Assembly (NCBI GenBank): GCA_964036045.1
Contig: OZ038378.1
Span: 199,144,001-199,208,000, forward strand
Direction of reading: 5' to 3'
Source: Eutreptiella sp. 'Long Island Sound 2002'
Taxonomy: Eukaryota > Protista > Euglenida
DNA length: 64,000 nt
Shown here: piece by piece, positions 23,197-36,063 of the stretch
Layout of the letters: each line of letters starts with the position of its first letter
How positions within the stretch are numbered: position 1 is the first letter of the stretch
Made by a program: the position numbers and the translations under genes
The notes under the pieces: generated by a model
What the model saw: only the letters and a program-made list of their open reading frames with translations
Told to the model about the DNA's origin: nothing
Databases searched by the model: none

Positions 23197-26100
23197 ATTG
23201 CGCTATTTCTGTCCATCAGCCTATGTACAGAGGCCGAGGGGCTCAGGGGAAGGGCCAACCAAAGGGTTCTGCCCCCCCCCCCCCCCCAACCCTTGGCGCC
23301 CCACCCTTGTGGAGAACGGCGGCACAGTGGGACGAGTCGGTTAAGACTGTGTCTCTTCCGAACTCGCCCTTCCGTGCGCCAAGCTAGGCATGGAGGTGCC
23401 CCCTGGGGATGCCGGTGCTACGGCGTCGGGCGCCCTAGAACGGCGTCGCGCACGCGGTGCATCTGCGGTGCCGCCAGGAGCACCCCTTGCGCCACTGCCA
23501 ATGCTCACTGGGGGTGCCGGGCATACGGTAGCGCTTGCCCCCCAGCGCTTGCCCCCGGTCGCCCCGCTTGAGCCACATATCTGGCCAATGGGACGCCACG
23601 TGCGGTAGTTGTAGCGCCATTTCCTCCCGGGCTGCAGAGTAGCGGTGCGCCCGCAACACTTGACAAAGGCGTCTGCCGAGTGGCAAAAGAGAGTGGCACC
23701 GGTCAGTAGGCGCCCCTTGCAACAGTTGGCCCGCCGCCATGTGCCGCTGCACCAACCGCGCCGCTTGCTAAGCATGTGGGCCCGCTCTCCCAGAAGTCCC
23801 CGGCAGCTTGTGGTGCGGAGACGTGCGGGGCGCTCAGCACACGAAGGCCTTGTAATCCAAGGCCAGCCCAGCCCAAGATACGTCGCTTCGGCCCTACTGC
23901 CATGCCAGTGCCCCTGCTCAGCGGACGAGATTGTGGGTGAACGCTGGCACCCACCCCGGCCACCCGGGCGGCATGCCGGGTTGCATGCGGAGCGGGGGCA
24001 CCTATGGCAGGCACAGCAAGGGGCCATAAAGGTCGGCCTAGGGGCCGCCCGTACTTCCCCGGCTGTGGCGCCCGCGAGAAGAGTGCACACCCCGAGTCGT
24101 TGTGCTCGTCGGGGCGGGCGACCATGCGCTCCGCCAATACTGCAAGGTACATGGGTGGGGGAAGGTATCCACTAGGGCCTTATCCAGGCCCTCTAAACAG
24201 CGGGAAGGCAAAAGCCCCGCCCACCAGAGACACGGGTATGGCCGCCACTACAGCGAGCAGCCACAGGGTCTAGTTGTCCCGCGCTCTATGCCATTGCAAG
24301 CAGTCCCAGAGGACATGCGCCTCGTCCTCATGGGCGGCCCCGCGGAACGGGTACATCGAGGCCGTCCGTACGCCACGCCCACGCACCCGAGCCGAGGTCC
24401 ACAGGGCCACTCATAAGAGCCCACGGAGCAGTGAGGCCTCCTCCTCATTGGAGGCCACCCAGAATGCCGCGCGGCACGCCACGCCATCCACGCCCCCAAG
24501 GTAGCCAAGCAGTGCAATTCCACTTGATGTGCCACGTGGCAGTAGAGTGTTTCCTGCACACGGTGCTGGACAGCCCGCATGGGCTCTTGCACCATGTGTA
24601 GGGGCTCCATCTGCCCCAGCACATCCCAGCACCACTAGCCTTCCTTGGGGTACCAGCCTAGAAGGTGGAGCGTGCGGAGGGCACGGCCTACCAGGCAGTC
24701 TGCCAAGGGATGGGGCCCACATTTCCAAATCGCCTACACGAAGATATGGGTCACGCTTGCGCATCATGCCACCCGCGCCCGCCAGATGATGCCTTCGTAG
24801 CACATATGCATCGACGAGGAGATCTTGTGGCCCGGCGCCAGGACGGAGGACACAGTCTCCTTGGCCCGGGAAAGCCATGTGGCTCTCCACACAGACCCGA
24901 GGAAGAGGCTCTCGAGCTTGGCGAGGTTGCCATTAGAAATGGGCGCCAATGCCATGCTGTGCAACAGGTGTCCTGTGCAACGTGCACAGGGGGTCACTAG
25001 GGTGCTGACCGCCCGCACTCGGCAGTGGAAGGCCAGTAGGTGGGGCAAGTGGCAAAGGGCACTGTGTCCCACATCCATCTGCATGCTAAGCACCAGCCCC
25101 ATGTGTCACGAGCCACCCACGTCCACATCCGGCAGAGTCTGCCCGCGGAACAGAACCGCTGGGGCTCCCGCCTCGCCCTGCACCTAGGAGTAGGACTCGT
25201 CCACGCGGATGTCCTACCCCTGACCTAGAGCCATTCCTCCATGGTCGGTGACATGCCCTAGAGCGTCGCGGCTCCTAGAGCAATTGCCTAGGTGTCGTCG
25301 GTGTACCCCAACGACCCCGTTCCAACGGCGGCGGCGGCACAGGTCCCGCTCGTCCCCAAAGTTCATGTCCTTTGGGGCCAGGGCCAGAGGCAACACCGCC
25401 GTGGGCACATAGACTTGGAGGCGGAGGGAGTCAATCTCCCACTTCCAAATCATGGTGAGGACATTCACCACAATCACTGACAGGGGGCACCCTTGCAAAA
25501 TCCCGTTGGTAGCCCTCCACCACGACCCCAGGCCGTCCGCCACCTTGAAGGCCCGGCAGAGCTGCTCGTACATGGCCGCCAGGGCTCTGCACGTCCCGGG
25601 GTCCATGCCCGGCTCCGACACCAGGGCTAGCACCGCGGCCTGGTGGATGAGATCCAAACGCTTGACGTAATCGATGCTCATCCCCGCCGCCGCCCAGCAC
25701 CGGAGGCGGCAGAGCTCTAGGAGCACCTAGGTGACCGCCGCCCCTACGCCGCCGCGCCGGGCGGAAGCCAAAGGCACTGGGATGCGCCCAGGCCTCCAAC
25801 CAGCGAAGGGCGTCCACCAGGCGGACACCCGCCCAAGGGCGGTACACCATGGAGAGGACCTTGAGAGGCCGCGTGTTCAGCAGCTCGAGCGGCCCCTCCT
25901 TGGGGATGAGGGCTCAATAGCCCTTAACCAAGCGGGTGGGCCAGTGCCCAGGCACTCCACCACCTGCAGCTCCGCCAACCACCCTAGGAGGATGTCTGGG
26001 AGGGCTCGAAGCTCAACCAAGCTTGAAGCTCAGCCAAGCTCCAGCCATCAAGCCCCAACGCGGGCAAGTGCATCCGCGCAAGTCGGCGGCGCCGGAGGTC

Positions 26101-26470
26101 TCCCGTGGGGTCGAGGGGAGCATTGGCACCCGGCACATGTGGTGGCCATACCAACTGTGGTGCAACCACATACTTGTGGTTGATGGGGTGCCAGGCGTCT
26201 TGCAAGAGGCCATCCATCTCCCGCAAGTTTGCCGTGGCCATGCCATCTGGGTGGGTGAGAAAGGTGACCGGGGGTACACCGCCCCTTGGTCCGTGGACCA
26301 CACCTCCCCCAGCCACTCGCACCAAGCCCGCAGGCACGCATCGTCTTGACAGCTTCACACCGTGCAGGCTTTGCCCCTCAAGACCCATTGTAGGCGGCGC
26401 AGGATCTCCGCCGTTGCCGGGGAGTCTAGTGTACTCCCCGTCCACACACTGGAGTACTCAAGGCCCAGGG
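23197..26470 (-). mobile_element. Non-LTR retrotransposon (LINE) copy 3, ORF2 reverse transcriptase pseudogene
   Basis: RT motifs LGLDGWS, FGFRP, SIDYVKRLD, GILQGCPLS and LGYTDD (YxDD, about 25295-25310), with many stops and frameshifts. Confidence 0.93.
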
Positions 26471-26509
26471 AGCGGACATGTTCCCAGACATCAGCAATCT
26501 TGGGGCTTT

Positions 26510-27165
26510 TGGGAGGCCCATGGCTCAGACCACTATGCGGGTCCCCATGGGTGCTCAAGTACCTTTATTGTCACCATATCATCACCCAAACCCATCCTAG
26601 GGGCGAAAAAAGGGTTTCGGAAAAATTCAATTTTTCAAAAAAAATTCAGGTGCCACTCAATAGCCTATCCAACGCAAAAACGGCCTAGTCCTCACTAGCA
26701 AGGGCCCATAGGGGGGCCCGACCCAAGGTACCCGGAGTTTGGACCCGGGACCCCCGCAATGGGTTACGCAGTCAATATACAACAAAAAGGTTGTTCCAGG
26801 TACAAATTCACACACAGCAGCTGCAATACACAAAGAAGCTTTGACCCGCTCAACCCCACCACCCCAAAAATGGGGTACCCGGGTACGGGGGGGTAGGGGG
26901 GTCAAAATCGAAAAGATCATTGGGGATCATTTTTTGTCCCACAAGGATGATTTTACAACAGGTTGGACATCTGATACCACATCTTGGGGTATGCTATGCG
27001 AACAACCCCCAAAACGGGGGGGGGGGTATACGACGCCCACGCCTACGCTCGAACGAACCACCTCTCTTCGGGGTTATTTGAGGCTGATTTTAGGTACACA
27101 AACTTTTTTTGGCCCCTGAGCCACCCACCCACGGGGAGGGGGGTGTCTCCTGAAGCAGAAGCCTA
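26510..27165. mobile_element. Non-coding dispersed repeat (MITE-like)
   Basis: ggcccatgg...gggtccccatgggtg..agtacc..attgtca recurs at 44268-44345; the distal part matches 6080-6250. Confidence 0.65.
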
Positions 27166-28024
27166 GCCTAGTGAAGCATGCGACCGGATCATTGGTCTGA
27201 TTTCTGAGTACCGCTCAACAAAGGGCTACATCTGCACGCCACAAGCGCCGTAAGGTGGCAAAAATCCTCTCAAACTGCAGAAACAGTGAAACTTGCAACA
27301 AGAAGGGAAAAACACCATTGCATGACCATTTGAAGCACTTGCCTGCACAAATCCCACTAAGTGGGTGGGGGTGGGGGGGTGGGGGGGAGTGCACATTGAT
27401 ATGTTGACACCATCGCTCTCTACAATGGAGAGACTACATCCCCGGCTCAGGGGCGGGATTTTCAATGAGGGAAAAAAAATTGAATCCGCTCAAAGCACTC
27501 TTACACGCCACCATGGTTTTCGTTTGGCGGTCAAAGCACTCTTACATGCCACCATGGTTTTTGTTTCGCTGAATTCACTAGATTCTTGGGTGCCCAAATC
27601 GGCAACGAATCTTGAATATCTTCGACATATTGTTCAGTTAGGATCCAAGATCAAAACATATCCCCAACTGGAAAGGGGCCTATCCATATTGCTCAGGGAG
27701 CCCCCACACACACGTTTGAAAGGGGTGGGCACTTGAAAAAATGAAAAAAAGAGTGTGTGCTTAGGGGACCTATTGCACAATGTAGAGGGGTGGAGTGTGC
27801 AAAAAACAGTGACTACGATGATGATGAATTGCCTGTCTTGTTTGCTGTTGGAATTATTGCCAACGCACGCCGCACGGGAGGAGCCCTCACAGGTGGATGC
27901 CCCTTACTGGGATGCCTTGCCTCAGGGTTAGGATGATTGCCACCCAGGCGAACACCCCTCACTGGCGAACACCCCTCACCGGGATGCAAGAATGCCTAGT
28001 GCAGTGCGTGGTGGTGTGGCCTAA

Positions 28025-28800
28025 GGGAGTGCTTACTGCGCGCCGCAGGCGCCGCAGGGTAAGGGTAATTAGCTTTAGTGCACACTGTCTAGAAATATAC
28101 ACGAGAACAAAAAAGTTCTGTGCACGTTGATCTGTTGACACCATCGCGCTCTACAAATTGAGAGACTACGGCCCCGGCTCAAAGTGCAAAGCGTGGTAGC
28201 GTGGATTCAGAGTCCCTAACCCCAACTCAAGGGACCACACAACAAAGCGTGGATTGAGAGTCCCTAACCCCAACTCAAGGGGCCCAAAAGAGGGCGGAAA
28301 TGCTCGTCACCCCTGCATTCTCAGGGATCCCTAAAAAAGGAAAACAAAATCAGAAGAGGCTGCCTCACCCCTGCCTTCTCGGGGGCCCAAAAGAGGGCGG
28401 AAATGCTACGTCACCCCTGCATTATCGAGGATCCCCAACAAAGGGGAGCAAAACAAAATCAGAAGTGGCTACCTCACCCCTGCCTTCTCAAGAGGGCGGA
28501 AATGCTATGTCACCCCTGCATTCTCGGGGATCCCCAACGCCAAGCACGGGGATCGAAATCCTCAAAGCTCATACATGGCCAATTCCATATTGGGGATGGT
28601 CCACAAAGGCACCATTTGTTGGGGGAAGAGGCCCAAAAGGTAAGAATAGTAACAAAAATAGGGGGGGAAGGGTGTATAGGGGTATACGTTACATAAAAAT
28701 TGCATGTGTGTATGTACCACTATATTGCTTGTATTCCAGGATAATTACCCAAACTGTGTGCTGTAGGGCGCGCCGCAGGCGCCGCAGGATAAGCACCCCC
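28025..28800. mobile_element. Tourist/PIF-Harbinger-like MITE (776 bp) with internal tandem repeats
   Basis: TIR GGGAGTGCTTA/TAAGCACCCCC, TSD TAA at 28022-24 and 28801-03, GCGCCGCAGGCGCCGCAGG at both ends, and internal units of about 104 bp at 28280-28545. Confidence 0.85.
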
Positions 28801-30633
28801 TAAGAAACCAGCGCAGATTTGCAATTGCCTGTCACAAGGCGGATGCCCCACACAGCCATGCTTGGCAAAGCATGTGGTGGTGCATGGACAGAATGCTTGG
28901 GGTAGCGGGCCCGGAAATGCACAGATCTCCCGAGGTGCATGGACTGGGGCGATTCCTGGGTGTAGGGAGGGGTCGCCACTGATCTGCATCGTTACCCCTG
29001 GCCTCTGACCTCTGGTACCGGTACTGGCACTGGCATTGTACTTGGCTGGGGCAAGGTCTGCAAAGGTCACTGACAAGATGGATTCTGCTCTGCTATGCGG
29101 CGCCTGTCCTGCCTTCAAAATTACACGTACACAACAATCACCGAGGCTCACTTTGGGCTGACACGACCGGGGTATGGCCGGGCTTACCATTCCGGTTCTT
29201 CCATCCATGTCCATTTGGCATTTATCGGGCCTGCCCATACCTGCACCCTTCCTGCACCACCGAAGAGGAGCATTCGCATGAAGAGAAACAAATGAACATG
29301 CATGTGCAACACACCGGAAGATTGGTGGATGACATCAGGCCATAATCCACTGCTACAGCGATCGATGCTGGTCCCACTGTCTCCCCCATAGCCAACTGAG
29401 GAAAGCATGGAGACGGCAGCATGGCAACAGGCAGTATGCATCAGACAAACCAGAGCACCCGCAACCCACATTCGACCATGCCCCCACCAGTCTGGATGTC
29501 TATCAGCAAGAAACGAAATTACTCGGACTAATTGATACATCTCAACTGTGTCAAATCAGTCAAATATACTGGCTTTCTCAGTAAACATCACGTTTGGAAC
29601 ACCTCACAAAAAGGTATTGACACAGATTGTAGGAAGAAATTTGGTTACCCATTACCTCAATGGGGTCGTAACATGCTTAGGGGTGCCACAAAACTTGGAA
29701 ACAAGTGGACTGGGGACACTTTGACCATGCTTTGACCCAAAATTAAATACAACACCTTGAAATGCAACGTTTGGCCTTGAACTCCATGTTTGCATGAGCC
29801 GAAAATAACATGTGAACGCCACCCCAGTTTTGTCTCACAGTTGCCAACCGCCAATATCTTCACCCACCCCCACATGCTCCTTGACTTTGGCACCAGCGTC
29901 CCCACAGCTATCAAGGATGCTGGCGTTGCTGTTACAGACACCACAGCATGTGACTCCGAGGCAGTGGGTTTAGGATATGCTGCACAACAGGTGGTGCCAT
30001 GCATTCGAGCACTTTGTAAGGATTGAGACATAAGTGGCACAGTTTTCATCCCCCAAAGGGCAAAACTGAAATCTTGTCGGGCCACTTTCTGGAGCACTTA
30101 CCACTGTTGTATAGTCTCACTAGGCCTGCTTGGGATACTTTAGAGCCCCACCAGTTAGGACTTTGCCATTTTGAGGCCGGCACAGGGTGGTTGTAAAACT
30201 GGGATTTTTGAGTGACTCCCATGCATCCCCAGGCAGCCTCGGACCAAGCTGAGGTCATCATTCAGTGGCAATGGGAGCACATGTGAACCCATGTAGCGGT
30301 GTTGATGGGCCCTTTCCAGGGCCATATCAGCCTTTTTGTATAGACTTAGCTGAAGCATTGGGCCCAACCTGTGGTACTTTGTCAAAAGCAATTCTCTGCA
30401 AGGTGGGATTGCAATTGCAATGAATGCACAACCCTCAACGACCATGTGGACATAGGCTGCTGGGGTTTCGTTGGTGGTGTGATATGGATGAGGAAGGGGG
30501 CGAGGGTTGCCGCTGTTGCACCTTTGACAAGCATTTCTGGGACATGGTCCCAACAGGTCTGCCAGGTGAGAGGGCCTTTGTTCAGCAAGCCCAAGACACC
30601 CTGTGTGCTGATGTGGTTTCTGCTGGGGAGCAT

Positions 30634-31210
30634 CACCAGGGTAGAGGTACACAGGGTCGACTTTGGGTGGGGAGTGGGGAGCCCCCCGTATTTTGAGGGT
30701 GGGAAACTTACAAAAAAAACATGTTTTAGAAAAGAATGGGATGGTTTCTAGTGGGTATTTTCCCGTACAAAGGGCTCACCATGACGAAAAATAGAGTATG
30801 ACATCACTGTTTGCAGGATCCTGGCAGAATTATAGAGAATGGCACTTTTTCCAAAAAAAAAAAAATAGACATTCAAACTGCTAAATAGACCCCAAACATG
30901 TAAAATGGGATCGTTTTCTATATTTTCCTTCACTGGTCTCTCTGAAAGTGTGGTGTTGAGGATGGAATAAGCTGTTTTTGTACAATTTGGCGCCAATTTT
31001 GATCATTTTTGATAATTCTGCTAAGATCCGCCAAACAGTCATGTCACACCCTATGTCTAGTCATGGTGAGCCCTTTGCAGGGGCAAATACCTACAAAAAA
31101 AGTCTTACTCAATTCCAAAACATGTTTCTTTGTGTTTCCCACTCTAAAAATAGGGGGAGAGGGTCCGTACTCCCCACCCAAAGCCGACCCGGTGTACCTC
31201 TACCCTGGTG
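30634..31210. mobile_element. Foldback element with imperfect terminal inverted repeats of about 200 bp
   Basis: 30634-30833 is the reverse complement of 31012-31210; ends are CACCAGGGTAGAGGTACAC/GTGTACCTCTACCCTGGTG. Confidence 0.85.
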
Positions 31211-33162
31211 GGTATACTGCATATCATATGCCTATTACTCATACACATTCCCTATGCAACCGGGAGGGGGGAGGGGGGCAGTTGGAACCGGGGGGGAGGG
31301 GGGAGTTGGGGGGGGAGCATGGGAGGGACACCGCCAACCCTACCCCTAATGACAAAAGGGGGGGCGGGGCAGGGACTCGCAAACTGTGACACCGAGAAGT
31401 GTAAATGGGAAGGAGATGGCCCAAAGGCCTCCACAAAATGGTGCAAATGCACCAATATTCCAGCAGTGTGGCAAGGCATAAACCGAAAAAAAAATAGACG
31501 CTCAGAAAATACAACCAACTGCGGTGCTTGTGAGCATGGGACTTTGCATGGGACGTTCCTGCACGTGACGTTCACAGGCCAACCATAATCTCCCAAACAA
31601 TGCACTCCATTGGAAACAAGTTGTGTATGAATTTGAGCCGTCTAGCCCGTTTTATGGCCAATTTGATGTCCCAACCTGACTGTTTTCAGCCAGGTTTGAG
31701 GACGATCGCTGGTCCAATCACGTCTCCAATAACTACCCCCTGCGCCAGAATGATGACAACTGTCATGAAAGTTCAGGACAACCCCGCCCCCCACCCACCC
31801 CCGCCCCTCCCACCAAAAAACCCACCCTGGGGCAGCTCCCCCTAACCCTAATTTTGGCGCCCAAGAAGCAGAATCACGACAGACCCCACAAGTGGCCGCC
31901 GTGTGGGGATGTGTGCGATATGTGCAGCCTGTGTTGGGGGGGGGGGGGGCTACACAGCCCTTGCTTCCTACTTCACGAACAACCCACTCATGCCTTAGGT
32001 TTCCATTATGTTCCATTCCTCCTGGCTGTATTGCACCAAAAGCCAACACTGGCCTCAGGGTGACGTGGTAGTTGCTGACTTGTGCCAACATGCTTTGTGG
32101 GGCCAATGTCCCTCTAATTAGAGGGCTTTAGGGGTCTAAGATGGTAAACTAAACCCCGGATAAATAGTTTTCCTGGGGGATTCAAATCAAGTTTCAAATG
32201 AGGGAAGTGGAGAATCAATTGTATGGCTCATTCTGTGTACACCTGTGCTTGTGATCTGGAGACATGCAAATATTGATGCACCTGGTGTGCGCACAATTCT
32301 GATGAGGACCCTCGTTGTCCTCTCGGTGTCGTCCTCTGATTACAATTTGTCAGAGCATGCCCTTCTTGGCCATGCAGAAAACCTTTATATTGCTTCAGGA
32401 GAGTGCAGACGACTATTGTGATGGCCATAGTGCTATTGCATGTGCTTACAAACACCCAGACATCATGCAGGATGTAAATGAAGACAATGAAGACATTGCC
32501 AATGAGCCTGTGACCAAGGCGCCGCCCTGACCAAAATGACAGACAGAAACATGCCATTTTGAAGTGACGGCATCAAAAACCACCAGGGCAGAAGCCTCCA
32601 GGAATTACCAGCAACAATGCACAAGCCTCCTGGTGGGGGAAGTAATTGGCTACTTGGAGGAATCACCAATCTGCGGGAATTTGGGGGTGGAGGAATTATT
32701 TGGTGCCAAGGGGGAGGGGCGCTTTGGGTGGTTGTAACCACCCAATACTCCTTGGTAACAACAGAAAGAAGGGGATTTGGCTGGGCATATGGGCTTATAG
32801 CAACCATAGTTACTTGGTTGCTCCTTGTAGGCTGTGCCCATCAATCTTGTTCCCTGTTAAGATTTTGGGCTTTGGCCCGTTGTGGCTTGATGATTTATCA
32901 ATTTGCACTCCTCGGTTGCGTGTCACTATGCGCTGTTGTTTATCACTATGCTCGGCATAGTTTCCTCCGCATCACAACCAGCATGGAGTATCATGAGTGG
33001 ACAGTTTTTGGAGCCACTTTGTATGCACCTCAAGGTCCAAGTGGGAAAAGCTGGCAACAACTCACCGTCCAATCACCAGCGGAAATGGACTTGATTGGAA
33101 ATTCGTGTCTCCATTACGCCACTCAACATTTCCGTTGAATTGGGATCAACAGAAACACACAC

Positions 33163-33297
33163 CTTGGTCTCCAAGAACTCCACCAAAGATGAAATTGGTT
33201 CCTCGGGTTTGTTGCTAAATAAATAGCCAAGCATACTGTCATACAAGAAAGAGATATGGTTCTGCCAAATATATTGGCGGTCTTCTTGGTGCTGCGC
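33163..33297 (-). CDS. Host exon encoding a Dpy-30/RIIa-type dimerization-docking motif
   Basis: cag|...aag|gtgtgt, 45 codons: AQHQEDRQYIWQNHISFLYDSMLGYLFSNKPEEPISSLVEFLETK. Confidence 0.7.
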
Positions 33298-34535
33298 CTG
33301 TTGGAGCACGAACGCATAAGACCGAGCTTATTGGTGGCGAACCACTGCTGCAAAAGGAAGCAGCTCTTTCGCAAACTCGGCATGCCAAGCCTAGCCCTTG
33401 TTGCTTGGGAAACACTTTCCTACTTTTTTCTCCTTGAATGCAAGCCCAAACCAAAAATATAAATGCGATGTGGAAGGTGGGGGAAGACATCCACCACCCA
33501 CCACTTTTGTCCACAATACATGCAACACATAACCCCGAAACACCCTTTTCAATGTCTTCAACCCACATTTACGATGTTTTGTCTTTTCAGCATCCGAGCT
33601 GGATCGTGCCAAGCAGAGCCACCGTTATCAAATGAGACCGAAAGATATTGCAAATCAGGTAGGACACCAACATGAACCATCCCCTTTGTGGCACCAAGCA
33701 TATATACTCTCTCCATGTGTTAACCCCCTCCCCCTCCCCTTGTGAGGTACGCGTAATATGAAACGGGAGGGGGGAGTTTCGCCAGTGTTCCCATTTCCTC
33801 ACACTTGTAACCCAACCCTCCCTTTGGTGTAACAAGAAAATGGATGGAATGGGCTACAAGGGCGAGCACTATTCGTGGTAATGTGGCGGCATTCCATTCG
33901 GTTGCGCTTGCACTTCCGTGGCCAAACCCTGTTTTGGGGGACTGTTTTTACGACCGGAAAAAAAGGTTCTTTGCTCCTATGTTCATTGTGTTCCACATTA
34001 TTGTGACTGAGCCGTTTGCTTATTTCTGCTCCCCGGTCCCACCGCCAATGCAAAGATGTAATCGACATGCTGCTTTGTTTCACGTTTGAAGATAGGTTTA
34101 CCAGATGGAAGAGACAAGAAGCGTGCAACAAGCATGCCTACAACAGGGGGGTTCTTAAGGAAAAGAAAAAAAGCTTCGTAGGCCACCAACCGCCAACCAC
34201 CAACCCCCACCAACCACCAATCGCCAACCACCATGCTTCCAAACTCCTCAAACTCCCAGACTCAAACACCATTTCCTCCTCCTTCAAATCTAGTCCTGGG
34301 ATCAACAAGGGGGCATTTTCGACCAAAGGGGGGGGTGGTGGTTAACACGTGGGCAGAATTATAGGTCATTAATTGAAGTTAGTCCATGCTCCAAAGGCAC
34401 GCCCCAATAGAACGACCGCACCAAATAGGCAACCAACCTCTTGAATCATGCATTAAAGGGTGGAGGAAAGTGATGACAAACGTGCAAGGCAAACGGATTG
34501 CGGGTACCACCACATGTGTTGCTGCCTGTTGTTTG

Positions 34536-34537
<2 letters not shown>

Positions 34538-34613
<76 letters not shown>

Positions 34614-34621
34614 TCTCTCTC
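34538..34621. repeat. (CT)n microsatellite
   Basis: Directly visible. Confidence 0.97.
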
Positions 34622-35685
34622 GGTTACCAAAAAATGCTGCATTCAATTTTGATGTATTCATGGCATGCAACGAGCTCGCGGCCCAATGGAAAATCCATAG
34701 CATGGTGTCAAAAGATGAATGCAAAGAGAAAGCCGATCACGTGGCCATTACCGCTCACTACCCAAATCCTTGTCGTCACAAAACAACATGGCCTAGCATG
34801 GAGCATTGTGTCAAACACAATGCAGACATGCCCCAAAGGCTCAACAACTGTAAAAAGCATGCAATTTGAGGCACAGAGCTTGTGATGCCCACTCACTGCA
34901 ACCTCTATGTGCGAGGGGTGTAGCCCCCATGAAGTCACAAGTTGCAATGATTGCAACGGCCTGATTTCGCTTGGCAAAATGTTCGCTCATCGGAGTTTTT
35001 TAAAGTACATAATAGTGGCAACATATCGCTTCCATACCAAAGTGTAGCCGATGTGGTAGCAAAGGCAAGCCCTCACAACGTTGCTACGGCTAAACATGTG
35101 AAATGCCGCATGCGCTTGGGGGTAGGAGTGACGTCTTGGGTGCACATGGTAGTGTGCACCGATCCGATTGTCGTCTGCAACCTTGCAATACTATTTCACG
35201 GCAACACTTTGAGTGCCAAGAGTATCAAGTATTCACCGAACAAACGTACCCCACGAAACCGACCACTAGAAATATTTATGTCACATCAAAGGAAATGGTG
35301 CAAATGGCGAACGAAAGTTTCGTTGAAAATGATGAATACAAATACATTCAACTTAGTGTCGACGTTCACAATGGTGCGTCGCTTGCCGTGAGAAGCACAA
35401 ACACAACCCGCGCCTCGTGTTTTGCCACGCTAGAGGAGGCGTTTACGTCCACATCTTGGAGTTGGGAGACACGGTCAACACGACATGCTTGTGGTGGTGG
35501 CTACAAGGCACAATGGCGTGCTCTTTGCAAGACGGTGACGACCATTTTGCCCTACGAGCGAAATTGTGGGAAAAGCGAAAATGTGAGAAGCCCGTAAAGG
35601 CTAATGTATGCAAATGCATCCAAATTTGTTGTGCATATGGGAACAAGCACCATTGGAGCAAAGAGCGAACAATTTAGGTACAAAC

Positions 35686-36063
35686 CTCACAGCTGGTTGC
35701 GTGCAAAGGATCTGTAAGCGATATTTGGCGAGTCCTAGATGGCAACTCTTGGATAGAAGGGGGCTTCATGGGCGTTTCACGTCGGGTGTTGCAACTTGAG
35801 TTCAAGGTGCCTCCGCTTGAGTTCAATGGGCTAGACGCGATGCGGAAATGAACGGATCCAGCAGTGTGGGGTCGGCCACTGGTTGGTCGGGGCACTGGGG
35901 ATAGTGCGATAGGCGATGCTTTGGGCATGGAACCCGGACTCGAAGGGACGGGTGTGAAGAGCGGCGGCGTGCGAGGCGAGGAAGTCCTAGCTTGCTCCCA
36001 TGTTTGGACAGACCCAATAAGTTTTCGAGGAGTAGACGTGTCGTTGATCGAGGGGAGGCTAAC
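35686..36063 (-). CDS. Host Ser/Pro-rich exon, possibly the same gene as the docking-motif exon
   Basis: tag|GTT...GAG|gtttgt, 126 open codons (TSSPRTPP...RPTSGRPHTAG...). A further candidate exon lies at about 36546-36614. Confidence 0.55.

Noticed and set aside
25200-25730. TAG-to-Gln genetic code reassignment
   Set aside because: Equivalent changes occur on both strands, at silent sites and at TGG codons, alongside frameshifts. Intact host exons contain no in-frame TAG.
33070-33138. Ankyrin repeat (GNSCLHYA) on the plus strand
   Set aside because: It is a single short motif followed by a stop, next to a better-supported minus-strand exon.
34040-34150. Kinase subdomain XI-like CKDVIDMLLCF...DRFT
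   Set aside because: No other kinase subdomains are nearby and no splice signals are convincing.
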